This document shows, piece by piece, positions 32,801 to 42,600 of a DNA stretch of 64,000 bases; positions within the stretch are counted from its first letter, which is position 1, and each line of letters begins with the position of its first letter. Made by a program: the position numbers and the translations under genes. Origin of the DNA: Candidatus Limnocylindria bacterium. GTDB lineage: Bacteria; Patescibacteriota; Saccharimonadia; Saccharimonadales; JAGQNK01. The stretch is taken from contig DATHJH010000012.1 of NCBI GenBank assembly GCA_035489815.1, positions 1,359 through 65,358 of the forward strand. Direction: 5' to 3'. The notes under the pieces are model-generated. The model did not search any database and was not told the origin of the DNA. It was given only the letters and a program-made list of their open reading frames with translations.

Positions 32801-35658
32801 GCAGTTCCCGGCGCATTGACAATCACGTTGCCCGAGCTATTCACACCAAAGAGCTCGCCATTGCCGACTGTCAAAAGATGAGTAGGTGTGGCGTCTCCTA
32901 TACCCAGGTTACCACTGGCATTCATGTTCAATAGTGCACCACCCACACTCGTAGTAACCTGCAGTATGTCAGCAGACTGTGAAGCGGCCGCTCTCAAGCG
33001 ATAACCTACATAGCTGGCACCGGGAATGGTTTGCCGGACATGAATAGTAGCATCTGAATCAGCGGGAGTCTCATTAAAACCAATTGCCAGTGCCTGGTTA
33101 CGCGTGACAATAGTCCCGCCACCTATATTTACACCTCTGGAGCCTCCGGTCCCGGGGTTAACCTGAAACAAAGTATTACCGGCCCCGGCGATAAACGCAC
33201 TACCCCCACCAGCATACCCGAACGCGACAGTTGCGGCGCCCGGGGCAAGCGAAGTCCATGTTGTAGGGTCAACGCCATTACCACCGCCTACCCAGGCAAA
33301 GTTAAAGTTAAGGCCAAACGCAGCCTGACCGTCCGCCCGGTCTACATACAGCAAATTTGTCCTCTCGCCGTCTGGATTGCCGGGCTGGGTAAATGTGGCT
33401 ATTGGTTGACGATAGGTAAAGCTGGCAGCGCTTAAATTAGGGGAAAAGTTATTATCGACCGTCAAGGAGGTATTGCTGGCAATAGCAATAACGGTGCGGC
33501 TTTGACCGCTTGCCGTAATGACCGTACCGACAGAGACTTCCCTGGTGAATAGCGTATTAGTGCCCGTAACCGTACCGCCCGAGCTACTCACCGTACCCGT
33601 ACCACTTGTACTATCACGCCCAGTTACCGATAGACGAGCTGCTGAAGCTACAGAGTTGATAGCGACATTACCATCAAATCGTGCATTACCATCATCTACC
33701 CACAGCGCATAAGCGTTGGTGATTGTGTGATTAGTCCCGGCTGCCGGTGCATTCTGTACGTACACCGTAGCCGCATTGGTGGAAGTTACTGCGTTGGTGG
33801 AAGCTATAGTAGACTGGCCAAAAGAGTTTATAACAGTATTGGTTCGTGTCCCGGCAGAACCAGTGTCCGTATAAGTAGCACCCGAAGCCTGGAACTGAAT
33901 GCCGTTCAGACCCCAGGCAGCCTGGCTCAGGTTGCCGGTTACTTCCAACCGCGCATCAGGAGAAGCCTGGCCGACGCCCACCCTGTTATTAACTGCATCC
34001 ACAAAGAGAGTATTTGTATTAAATGCCACATCGCCGTCAGCCTGGACCGTCAGTCGTGTAAGGTTATTTGTAATGATATCCAATGCATTGTTCGAAGTCA
34101 TACCCAGCTCGCCAGTTGTAGAGGCTCCAAAGTTATTGCCCCCCTGCACAAAGGCCGCTCCATCGCCTGTCGTATTACAAGCCGCCAGTTGCTCGTCGGT
34201 GTTATAACAGAGGTAACTTGCACTGTCCGTATTGCCCAAAGTCCGTACCTCCAGCGTTCCGTCAAGGCGGGTTGCACCGGCGTCCACGAACAGGGCATAT
34301 GTATCCGCTCCTTCCACATAGATGCCATAGTCAGTTACGCCTGCACCCTGATGCTGGACATACAGGCCCGTATTCTGCGTAATGGTAGCCGTGCCTTCTT
34401 CGGGATCACGGATAGCTACCCCTACGGCTAACGGCAGCGTAAAGGTGCCGCTGGTCGAGACACTGGCCACCAAACCTGCTACGCCGCCGCTGGTCACCCC
34501 GCTGGCAGTCGGGATAAAGCTTGCAGCGTAACAATTAAGCCCACAACTATCACTACCGGTGTATATTTCGTTAACTACTAGTGCTGCCGGGACTCCGCCG
34601 GGAGAAGCATTATCACCAACAAAAAGGTTTCCGGCAATATCAACCGTCCCCGCAAAATCACTTGTACCCGCAGCCTGAACGGTCAGGGTTCCAGTAGCTG
34701 TTATATTACCTCCATTTGCCACCGTAAAGACCGGGCTGCCGTTGTCCTGGAGCACCAGGATTGCACCCGTACTGGTAGAATTGTTGACGGTAAGAGCAAC
34801 AGGGTTACCGCTCGTCCCGCCGGTAATGGTCGTGGCCCCTGTGCTGCTGATAGCTAGACGTGTACTGCCGTTGGTTATGAGGTTAAGAGCATCTGCATCG
34901 GTGGTGCCCAGCACTGCCGTGGCGTTAAAATCATTACCACCCTGGATAAACGCACTGCCAGAACCAGCAATAAAGCCGCATGAACTTGAGTTCTGGAGAC
35001 AAACCGTGCCATCCTCGTCAGGCAGCTCGATGTCTGGATTATTGGCAACCGTGTCAAATGCAAGTACACCCCTGTTAGCTCCACTCGTTTTTACCAACTG
35101 GCCAGCCTGGAAGGCATAAGGCACCGCAGTCAGCTTGATACGGGGGCTCATTTCCCCATCCCAAGAAGGCGATCCGCCCGAACCGCCAATGTTCATAGTC
35201 AGCCAGTGTTCTTCGTTCCAGTTAATGGTACCAGAAAACGAATTTACGGACCCCAGGTACACGCTGAGGTACCCGTTCTTGACCGTGACCAAATTACCCG
35301 TAGTCCTGGTTTCTGTCCACTCACAGTTTGAATCTGGCGTACCGCCGCTATAGGTACAAGCACCCTGATCTTTTGGCGTATTGCCGTCGGTGGCCACGTT
35401 ATAAAGCTTGAACTCAACATGATAATTGCCATCAGGGACAAGAGCGCCAGAACCACTCAAAATCCTGGCCTGAAAATTCAAAGTCGTCGACGGCGCACCC
35501 TGAACCTGCCCACGATTGCTCATGAGTATGAATCCAAAGAGTACGCCTATCGACGCAAACTTGATGGTTTGGAGAAGCTTTTGTTTTAGACTTCTCAGTC
35601 CATATGTGTTTGATGGTTTGAACATGTCTGTTTTTGGTTTTTGGAGTTTTGTCTGCAC
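29827..35658 (-). CDS. giant secreted fibre/adhesin-like protein with Gly/Thr solenoid repeats and a CBM-like jelly-roll domain
   Basis: 1943 aa. GTG start. Signal-like N-terminus (FASIGVLFGFILMS...VQG/AP). Gly/Thr/Ser/Ala/Asn-rich. xxIxIGTGxxA repeats at aa 1318-1500. Aa 1540-1694 (nt 30577-31041) resembles CBM_4_9 (ASGTYSARA...TTYNISFSVRT...AYLAIYQSDGTTRNMYVDNLSIV). Confidence 0.8.
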   Translation of the reverse strand: MQTKLQKPKTDMFKPSNTYGLRSLKQKLLQTIKFASIGVLFGFILMSNRGQVQGAPSTTLNFQARILSGSGALVPDGNYHVEFKLYNVATDGNTPKDQGACTYSGGTPDSNCEWTETRTTGNLVTVKNGYLSVYLGSVNSFSGTINWNEEHWLTMNIGGSGGSPSWDGEMSPRIKLTAVPYAFQAGQLVKTSGANRGVLAFDTVANNPDIELPDEDGTVCLQNSSSCGFIAGSGSAFIQGGNDFNATAVLGTTDADALNLITNGSTRLAISSTGATTITGGTSGNPVALTVNNSTSTGAILVLQDNGSPVFTVANGGNITATGTLTVQAAGTSDFAGTVDIAGNLFVGDNASPGGVPAALVVNEIYTGSDSCGLNCYAASFIPTASGVTSGGVAGLVASVSTSGTFTLPLAVGVAIRDPEEGTATITQNTGLYVQHQGAGVTDYGIYVEGADTYALFVDAGATRLDGTLEVRTLGNTDSASYLCYNTDEQLAACNTTGDGAAFVQGGNNFGASTTGELGMTSNNALDIITNNLTRLTVQADGDVAFNTNTLFVDAVNNRVGVGQASPDARLEVTGNLSQAAWGLNGIQFQASGATYTDTGSAGTRTNTVINSFGQSTIASTNAVTSTNAATVYVQNAPAAGTNHTITNAYALWVDDGNARFDGNVAINSVASAARLSVTGRDSTSGTGTVSSSGGTVTGTNTLFTREVSVGTVITASGQSRTVIAIASNTSLTVDNNFSPNLSAASFTYRQPIATFTQPGNPDGERTNLLYVDRADGQAAFGLNFNFAWVGGGNGVDPTTWTSLAPGAATVAFGYAGGGSAFIAGAGNTLFQVNPGTGGSRGVNIGGGTIVTRNQALAIGFNETPADSDATIHVRQTIPGASYVGYRLRAAASQSADILQVTTSVGGALLNMNASGNLGIGDATPTHLLTVGNGELFGVNSSGNVIVNAPGTANTDTVVCRNASNHLSNCSSTFATTANAFLLDGNTVSSTAVLGTNSSHSLALETAGVTRLTIDTSGNANLTGSLTLSGDVIGGTTQGDVLTLRGSNQAWSSTTPNEVEVLNSRLTFNGQTSVANGTFPALISFNDTVSVAGASVWALLGYDYAPTFQQDTSFSFGSAPAFSASPTFQPTVGGINDAALFTISGYAASVSHRLNHSGAAGTTAVMTGYYDNPFFGRAGGTGTHTVTDYAGYMTWLPRLFDDHVQAGYTLTTARSFWARNPEASGGGTVVNNIGLDVSTLSTGTTSNIGVRIAEPSGTGAVALSLTGTGGTSASGILFGNDTSLYRSAANVLSTNATSILGTGALTVSSATTSTVTLDSGTTGTVNVGTGANAKIISIGTGAVANTINIGGTGANAIGMGNTQTAGSVAIGAAMTTGTISIGGTGLQTGTITFGGGTGAQIVNLGTGNTGVKTVNLGTGTAANVISIGTGQTAGSISLGTAMTGGTISIGGTGLQTGTINLGVGTGAQAINLGTGGTGAKTVTLGSTASTGATTIQSGTGGISLLGTVVARTTTDAANVFQLQNSVGATLFSLDSTNTGSGLNVALNSGAESGCPTSPTSWAAHSSTLSCESSIVASGTYSARAATTGAAQGLRNNVGTAMSASTTYNISFSVRTSVALANSNLVVVLSPTGTASNNSTCVAGTNPTLSTSSFTKFTCAMTTNSTATNSSAYLAIYQSDGTTRNMYVDNLSIVSRNSSGTQNTGVLRIGGTTSQGLTLLTLDTYAGTPFTGANASLAGSMYYDTTSGKIQCYDGTAWGACGAAPDNIITLTPEYAGAVLNGGGFPGVGTLTSDFCSNDAALSVGSLCASGEVRNFYKWTSPQPTMQTYSIYVNYKLPTTFEGFIDANTIKLTWLTDAASGTNGKVTYQVYRKASSGGVTSCDGVTESTVTTPTANAWNTTLFNGNETACGFAPGDYIIFKINVKAMNEANVYVENLDFTYTNQ
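31159..31707 (-). repeat. in-frame coding tandem repeats (Gly-Thr-Gly solenoid-like), including a 204-bp (68-aa) duplication
   Basis: The protein repeats GTISIGGTGLQTGTI(T/N)(F/L)G.GTGAQ.(V/I)NLGTG twice, 68 aa apart (about nt 31174-31581). Shorter IGTG/LGTG units flank these. Confidence 0.8.
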
Positions 35659-35986
35659 TACAGGAGCAAAAGCTCCGCAGCTTTTTCTGGGGTCAGAGGT
35701 GAGTATTCCTTACCAGAAAATGACCCACTATCAGTATGTTCTTCCTACCCCTGACGTTCAAGAAGTAATTGAACAAATATTGCACCCCTCTACAACACAA
35801 GTATTTTTACTTTAATCCAAACTTTTGATAAAAATATTGTAGTTAATTTTACTACTCATCCACTATTTACGGTTAAATTATGTGTTCAACGCCTTGAGAA
35901 CCATGCAGTTCATCACCTTAAACGTTGTATAAGTTCCTACAGCCTGTATTTTGATATTGAAGTCACTGCAAAGTTATCCACAAGCA

Positions 35987-36601
35987 TTATTCAAATTTTG
36001 AACTTGCGAAAAGCGGCGCGAAATATTTACTGTTTATATCGTCGTATTCCGCAGCTTTTGCCTGCCCGCGAATATAAACTACTGTATCGCTGTTTTTGAA
36101 AAGCAGCAGAAGCCGCTGCCTTACTGGGATATTTTGCGAAACGTATTCAAAGACTATTTCTGTCGCCTGGGTTCCATTAACTGTAATATCTTTCTGGCTA
36201 AGTTCCTTGTATTCGGGATATTGCTGTGGAAGTTGCCTGCTTACGTTGTCCAGAACCGCTTCCTTAAGCGGCATTTTTGTGAGAGATGTAAGCTTTTTAA
36301 GGGAAGCCCCCTGCTCGTAGTAAGAACTGACGACAAACTGCTGTTGACTATCAGCAGGCTGCACAAACCTCCACATCTGTCCTGATTCTTCGTCTTCTTT
36401 TTCGGGGGTACTTTGCACCAGCGAAGTATCACGCTCTATGATCATTCCAACTGGCTCGCTGTTGACAGTCTCAACCTTAGCGACACTTTTGCCATTGTTT
36501 TTAACTTGATTGCCTTTTCTTCCGAGTGCTAAATATGTGACTGTACCACCCAAAACAACCACTACGACAAAAATAAAAATTAACAGTTTGGTCTTACTCA
36601 T
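35987..36601 (-). CDS. hypothetical N-terminally anchored protein (possible PsbP/DcrB-like fold)
   Basis: 204 aa. N-terminal TM LLIFIFVVVVVLGGTVTYLAL. The C-terminal region pattern VNGTQATEIVFEY...RQRLLLLFKNSDTVVYIRGQA resembles PsbP/DcrB/DUF1795-type domains. This assignment is tentative. Confidence 0.5.
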   Translation of the reverse strand: MSKTKLLIFIFVVVVVLGGTVTYLALGRKGNQVKNNGKSVAKVETVNSEPVGMIIERDTSLVQSTPEKEDEESGQMWRFVQPADSQQQFVVSSYYEQGASLKKLTSLTKMPLKEAVLDNVSRQLPQQYPEYKELSQKDITVNGTQATEIVFEYVSQNIPVRQRLLLLFKNSDTVVYIRGQAKAAEYDDINSKYFAPLFASSKFE

Positions 36602-36656
36602 CTCCTCTATTGTAAATGCCTAGCCTACTTAGCTCAATCTTTGATCGATGGATGAC

Positions 36657-39600
36657 TTAGGAGCAAGTACCCACCCCGTTGCCAAAGTTATCCGATCGTG
36701 AAAGCTCAATCCAGCGATCACCAGTGTAAATCATACTGATACTATCGTACTGCTTGGCAGAGCATGCTCCAGCCAATTCGCTTATATTGGCTGTATCAGC
36801 AAAGTTAGTACCGGTGGTACCGCCAGCAGTTAGCATTACAATAAACGCCGTTGTTCCCTCTAGCGGCGGACCGGTTTCATCCATAGTTACGTTGCAACCA
36901 GTTGCATCGTTACAGGTGATTTCCACATATGCGCTCGCAGGGTTAAGTGTCAGTGTAGCATTGGTGCCACCGCCGTTATCGGCAATTGTTCTTCCGTCCA
37001 CACCAAGTATCAGCTTACTGTCGAGAAACAGGTCAGTTCTGCCTACTCTGAAGTCGCCGTTATCGTTCAATTGCCCGCCGTAAATAGTACCTGTGTCTGA
37101 ATCTAGTATGGTACCGGTGTCTATTGTGTTGCCGCCGAGGTAGTTGTTGTCGCTTGTAGAATCAGAGATATTAATTGCGTAGCAGTTGGTGGTACAGGAG
37201 GTGTCGGTGATGCTGTTGCCGGTGATGGTGTTGTTGTCGGCACTGGCTGTACGAATGCCATTGTTTGTTGTAGTTCCACCATTAGCATGGATCTTGTTAT
37301 CAGAGATAAGGTTGTCATGAGAGTTAAAGATGTTTATACCACCCACGGCGTTATCCTTGATAGAGTTACCCGTAACCACCATGCTTGCGTTGTTAGTATT
37401 AGAGCCAAAGATGTTTATACCGTATTGGGCGTTGCCCTGCATGGTGTTGCCGGTGAAGGTGTTGCCTACCGAAGGATTGTCATCCCTTGTCTCAAAGCCA
37501 TCGCCGGTGTTGCCCTGGGATGTGTTGCCGGTGAAAGTGTTGTTGCTTGAATTGTCATGGACATTGAACCCATCGTCGCCATTGCCTTGGGCATTGTTGC
37601 CGGCAAAGGTGTTGTTAAGGGCGTCACGCTGAAGGTAAAACCCAAAACTTCCATTGCCCTGCGCGGTGTTGCCGGTGATGGTGTTGTTTGAGGAACTTCG
37701 ATGCACTATCATACCCACAGCGTTATCATGCATAACGTTATCAGAGAGAGTACCGTTTTCCGATTGGAAAAGGAATATACCTTCTGAACGGAAATCACTT
37801 ATCCAGAGCCCGATAATCTTCCCGCCTGGCAAAGCGCTGCTGCCAGTACCATCGCCCATATTTTGAAAGTACACACCTACCTGTAAGCCGCTGGTGTTGA
37901 TATCCTTGCGGCCGTCTAGACGCATGTCCCGGACTACTACACCTGTAGCAGTGCCTTCGTTGGTGTCTGAGTTCGAGATCAGCTCGTCGTCACCACCATT
38001 CAAGTCAGCCATTTCAACAAGTGTCCCTCGGCCAGCCCCGGACAGTATAGTGTTGTTTGGCACCAGTATGCTGCTGGCGGCCACATAGGTGCCTGGCATC
38101 AGATGAACCTCACCCCCGGCGGCGGCCGTCAAGGCAGCATTGATCTCGACCTGGTCGCCCGTACCATCAGCTACATAGTCAGCGGCGTCTTTGTCAGTCT
38201 GAGAACTATTGTTTGCTGCTACGATCTTGGTAGCAGTCGTACGGTCGCCTTGCCACTTAAAGGTACCAGAACCAGGTGCTATCTCTTTATAGACCAGGAT
38301 CGAATTAGTGGTGGTATCAAAGTACATCATGCCCTCTGTTGGCGAGCCCGGGCGGCTAGCAGTGTTGCCGCCAGTAATTGTAAGGGACTTGCCGGCTGCT
38401 AAAACTACATCTCCGTCACCTTGCACGGTCAGGTAGTCAGTAGTACCAGCCGCGTCTTGGACAACCAAGATGTTTGCGCTCTGCCCAGCCACAGCCTGTA
38501 CCTGGAGCTGGATTTCGTTGGCATCACCGTCCACAAATAGCTTGCCACCACCGGTCGCTGAGCCAATAGTTACAGTATTGCCATCCGTGACAAGATTTAC
38601 AACACCCGTATCTGTTGCCCATGGATTTGTACCGCCATTATCGACCGCACATCCCCACAAATCAGTCGTTTCATTCCATTTCAGAACGTCGCTATCAGCA
38701 CATCCCTGCAACAGTGTCAGACCGCTAGCGAGTACTTCCATCCCAGAGCCAGATGAGGTAGTAGCAGACAAACCATCGCCTGAAACAGTCGCATCAAGTG
38801 TAAGGGCGTTAGCAGTAACCTGCAGGCCATTGCCAGTCAGGTCTGTAAAGGCATCACTATTAAAGGTGAAGGTGTCGCCAGGATCAATAGTAAGGCCACC
38901 GCTGAGTGTGGTGAGGCCTGCCACGCCCAATGCCCCCATAAAGCTCGCCTGTGCGTTAAATACAGCCGCGTCCTGAACGATAAGCTCGTCTGCTCCATTA
39001 ATGGTAATATCGCCACCTGCTCCGCTCGCAATACTGAGAGCTCCGGCACTCAGCAGGCTTGGCGTCGTTACACTCGTAGTAAACGTTGGGTTCTGGACGG
39101 TAGCAACGGTAATGGTGTCGGTGCCTGAGTCGCCAGTGATGGTAATGTTATCTCCGTCCGCCAGATTCAGCGTATCCGATGCCGTATCTGCAGCCGGATC
39201 AGTACCATTTGGAGCATTTATCGTGCCGAAGGTATTTTGGGGGGTGCCGGCACAGTTGTTAACATCCTGCAGACAGACGGTGTCAGCCGTGTCAGCACCG
39301 GTGTTGGGGAAAGATATGGTGGTTGAGCCAGTGAGCTGATTGGGTGCATTGAGGGTAACTGTCAAGGCATTGGTAGCATTTTGGAGCACGAGGGCGCCGT
39401 TAGACGTAGAGGCAGTACCGACTGTTACCGAAGCACCGGAAACCCCAAGAGTGCCTCCAATGGTGGTGTTGCCATTGCCCAGCACGTCAAAGTTAGTCAA
39501 ATCTATAGCAGCCGTAGTGCCCTGGATAGTATTAGTACCTATGCTCAAATTGCCTGTCAGTGTCAGCCCCGCAAACTGAGGGGTAGCGGCAGTGCTAATA

Positions 39601-42600
39601 CCTTGAACGGTGTTAACGACACCGCTGGACGCGCTGAAATTCGTCGCGTTAAAGGCGACGATTCCCTTGGTTGTGCCATCGGCGGCGGCGTTGTCGATGG
39701 TGATGACATTAGCAGCCCCGGTGGCGTTGTTGATAGCAACCGATGGGCCAGTTTGTCCGTCGACTGAGGTTATGCCGCCTCCGCCGATGCCGCCAAGACA
39801 GTTGTCCCAGAACAATGTACCCGTTCCGTCCTGAGCCTTTAGACACTGGTCTGCAGCACCGACAGCCGCCGGTAGGGTCAGGGCATAGCTTGCGGATACA
39901 TCCGGCAATGCAAACGTTATTGTTTCGCCGTCGCCATCATGAAGCAAGAGGCTGGCAGTCTGGGAAGCAGTACCCACTGTGAGATCACCACCTTGGATAA
40001 CCATATCGCCAGCTGCAGTGACCGTGCCCCCGCTCGAAACATCAAAGTTGGTAAAGTCTATAACGGCCGTTGTCCCCTGTAGCGTTTGGCTGCCGAGGTC
40101 TATGCCTGCGCCAGCGATAACTTGACCATTGAAGGTCTTAGCGCCAGCGAAAGTCTGAACTCCGGTACTGACGAGTCCGGGGAATGTGGCATCCGCAGTT
40201 TGCAACACCAGGTTAGACCCTGATATAACAGCACCATCTGCAGACTTTGTCTGAGAGTTGATCGTACCGATGCCGGTAACACCGCTTCCTGCGCCATCTG
40301 AGGCACATGCCCAAGTATTACCGGTTGTCTCGTATTTCAGAATTTCACCGTCAGCGCAGTCGATGAGCGACAGACCGTCGACATCGACTTCCAGACCCTT
40401 GTCAGCTTCAAGCGCAAGCGTGAGCACACCCGTGCTGACTTGCAAACCATTGCCAGTCAGATCGGTAAAGGCATCGCCGTTGAAGGTGAAGGTGTCACCT
40501 GTCTGAACAGTCAGTCCGCCGTTAAGGGTTGTGAGACCAGTTGCAATAAGGGTACCGCCAACGGTGGTGTTGCCGTTGCCGGCCACGTCGAAGTTGGTGA
40601 AGTCTATGGCAGCCGTAGTGCCCTGCAGAGTGTTAGCACCCAAGCTGAGGTTACCCGTCAGGGTCAGACCGGCAAATTGAGGCGCTGCGCTGGTGCTAAT
40701 CCCCTGTACAGTATCGATAACACCGCCCGCAGCCGTAAAATTGGTAGCGTTAAAGGCGGCGATACCCTTGGTAGCACCGTCAGCAAGAGCGTCATCGATA
40801 GTGATAATGTTGCCCGCTCCGGTGGCGTTGTTGATAGTGATAGACGGACCTGTCTGGCCGTCAAGAGACGTGATGCCTCCTCCACCACCGCCTCCGCCGA
40901 GACAATCATCCCAGAAGAGTGTTCCGGTACCATCCTGAGCCTTTAGGCATTGGTTAGCGCTACCGACAGCCGTAGGCAGGGTCAGTGCGTAGGAAGCACC
41001 TGTTACCCCGGATTGAACCGTCACAGTGTTGTTATTTGTACTATTATTTAGAACTATTGAACCGGTGCGGGTACTACCTACGCCAACGGTTAATGTTGTG
41101 CCTTGCACAGCAAGATTCACGTTGCCGTTGACTGTCACCACACTGCCGTTATCTGACAGCGAAGAATCGCCGACTGTTGTGCCGTCGGGCGTGAACTTCG
41201 CAATTCGGTTGAGTGTACCCGAACCGTCCAATCCGCCGCCTGCGCCGCCAGTACAATCATCCCAGAAGAGTGTCCCAGTGCCATCCTGGGCTTTCAAACA
41301 CTGGTTTGCCGAACCGACAGCCGTGGGCAACGTCAGGACATAGCTGGCAGAGACGTCAGGCAGATCGAATGCTATAGTTTCACCATCACCGTCATGCAGC
41401 GTGAATACCGCTGGATCCGTGGCGGTACCGAGGGTCAGATCACCGCCCTGGATGACGACATCCCCCGCAAAGGTCGGACTGTCGGCTACATTGACGGTCA
41501 CGCTACCGCCTGCCCCAAGGGTTATCGAACCGCCGCCAGTCAGGTTTGTACCCGCATTAACCGTAATACCAGTATCTCCCTCGACAGCCGTATTGGCGCC
41601 TGAACCATAGAGCACGCTCAGAGTCGGCGTATTGCCTTCTCCGCTGTTGCCGGTGGTACTGAGGCCCGTAAGAGCGCCGAGGTTAGCCGTGTAGTCACCA
41701 GTGGTATCAGCACCGAGGTTTATGGTACCAACACTGACTACGCCAGCACCATTAACTTCCAGGAAGCCATTTGTAAGGTTAGAGAGCGTGACTGTGCCGC
41801 CAACTGTCAGGCCGCCGGTGCCCTGCAACAGGCCAGACCCGGCGTTGACGCCAACTGCGGTAACTGCTCCAGCACTTGAAACATCAAAGTTTGTAAAATC
41901 TATGGCGGCGGCTGTTCCCTGTATCGTATTTGCCCCAATGTTCAAATTGCCGTTGAGTGTAAGTCCGGCAAAGGTGGGCGTAGAAGTAGTAGCGATGTTC
42001 TGAACGGTGTTGATGGTGTAGGAGCCGTTGGCACCGCCATCAGTGAAAGCAAGGTTGGTAGCATTCACGGCAATCGCCCGTTCGCCAGACAGCGTAGCAT
42101 TGTTACCAATTGTCAGATAGGCGGCGTTATTCGGCGCCCCGCCGGCCCCTCCAAGACAGTTGCCGCTGTCCAGACAAACCGTACCATCAAGATCAGGGAA
42201 AGTTATTGCCCTGTCAGCCGTAGGGTCAACCACACCCAGCGTGGTTTCAAAAGCGTTATCTGTTGCACCCTCAATTTCTATGGGGTTGGCGCCGCCCAAC
42301 GACACGCCGCCATCCAGGCGGGTCAACCCCGCATCTACCCAGATGCCATAAGTGCTTGCGCTTTGAACATATAGCCCAACGTTGGCACCGGCGTTATTAA
42401 GCGTTTCTACATAAACACCATAAGAAGTACCTATGGAGCCGCCGGCCTCAATATTGGGTGTTTCAACGTAAAGACCTGCTGCACTTGTCAGCGATTGGCC
42501 TGTGTCTATGTTGACTGCTCCCCTGTACGCACTCAGCATGGTTGGGTTAGTTGCCGTGCCCAGCTCCACTGCTGACATCACACCGGAACAACCATTCAAA

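Noticed and set aside
31159-41465. Regularly spaced repeats that might suggest a CRISPR array or non-coding tandem repeats
   Set aside because: All repeats are in-frame within the 1943-aa and 2560-aa ORFs. Their periods are multiples of 3 (204 bp, about 420 bp), and they show protein-level rather than DNA-level conservation. There are no short identical direct repeats with unique spacers.
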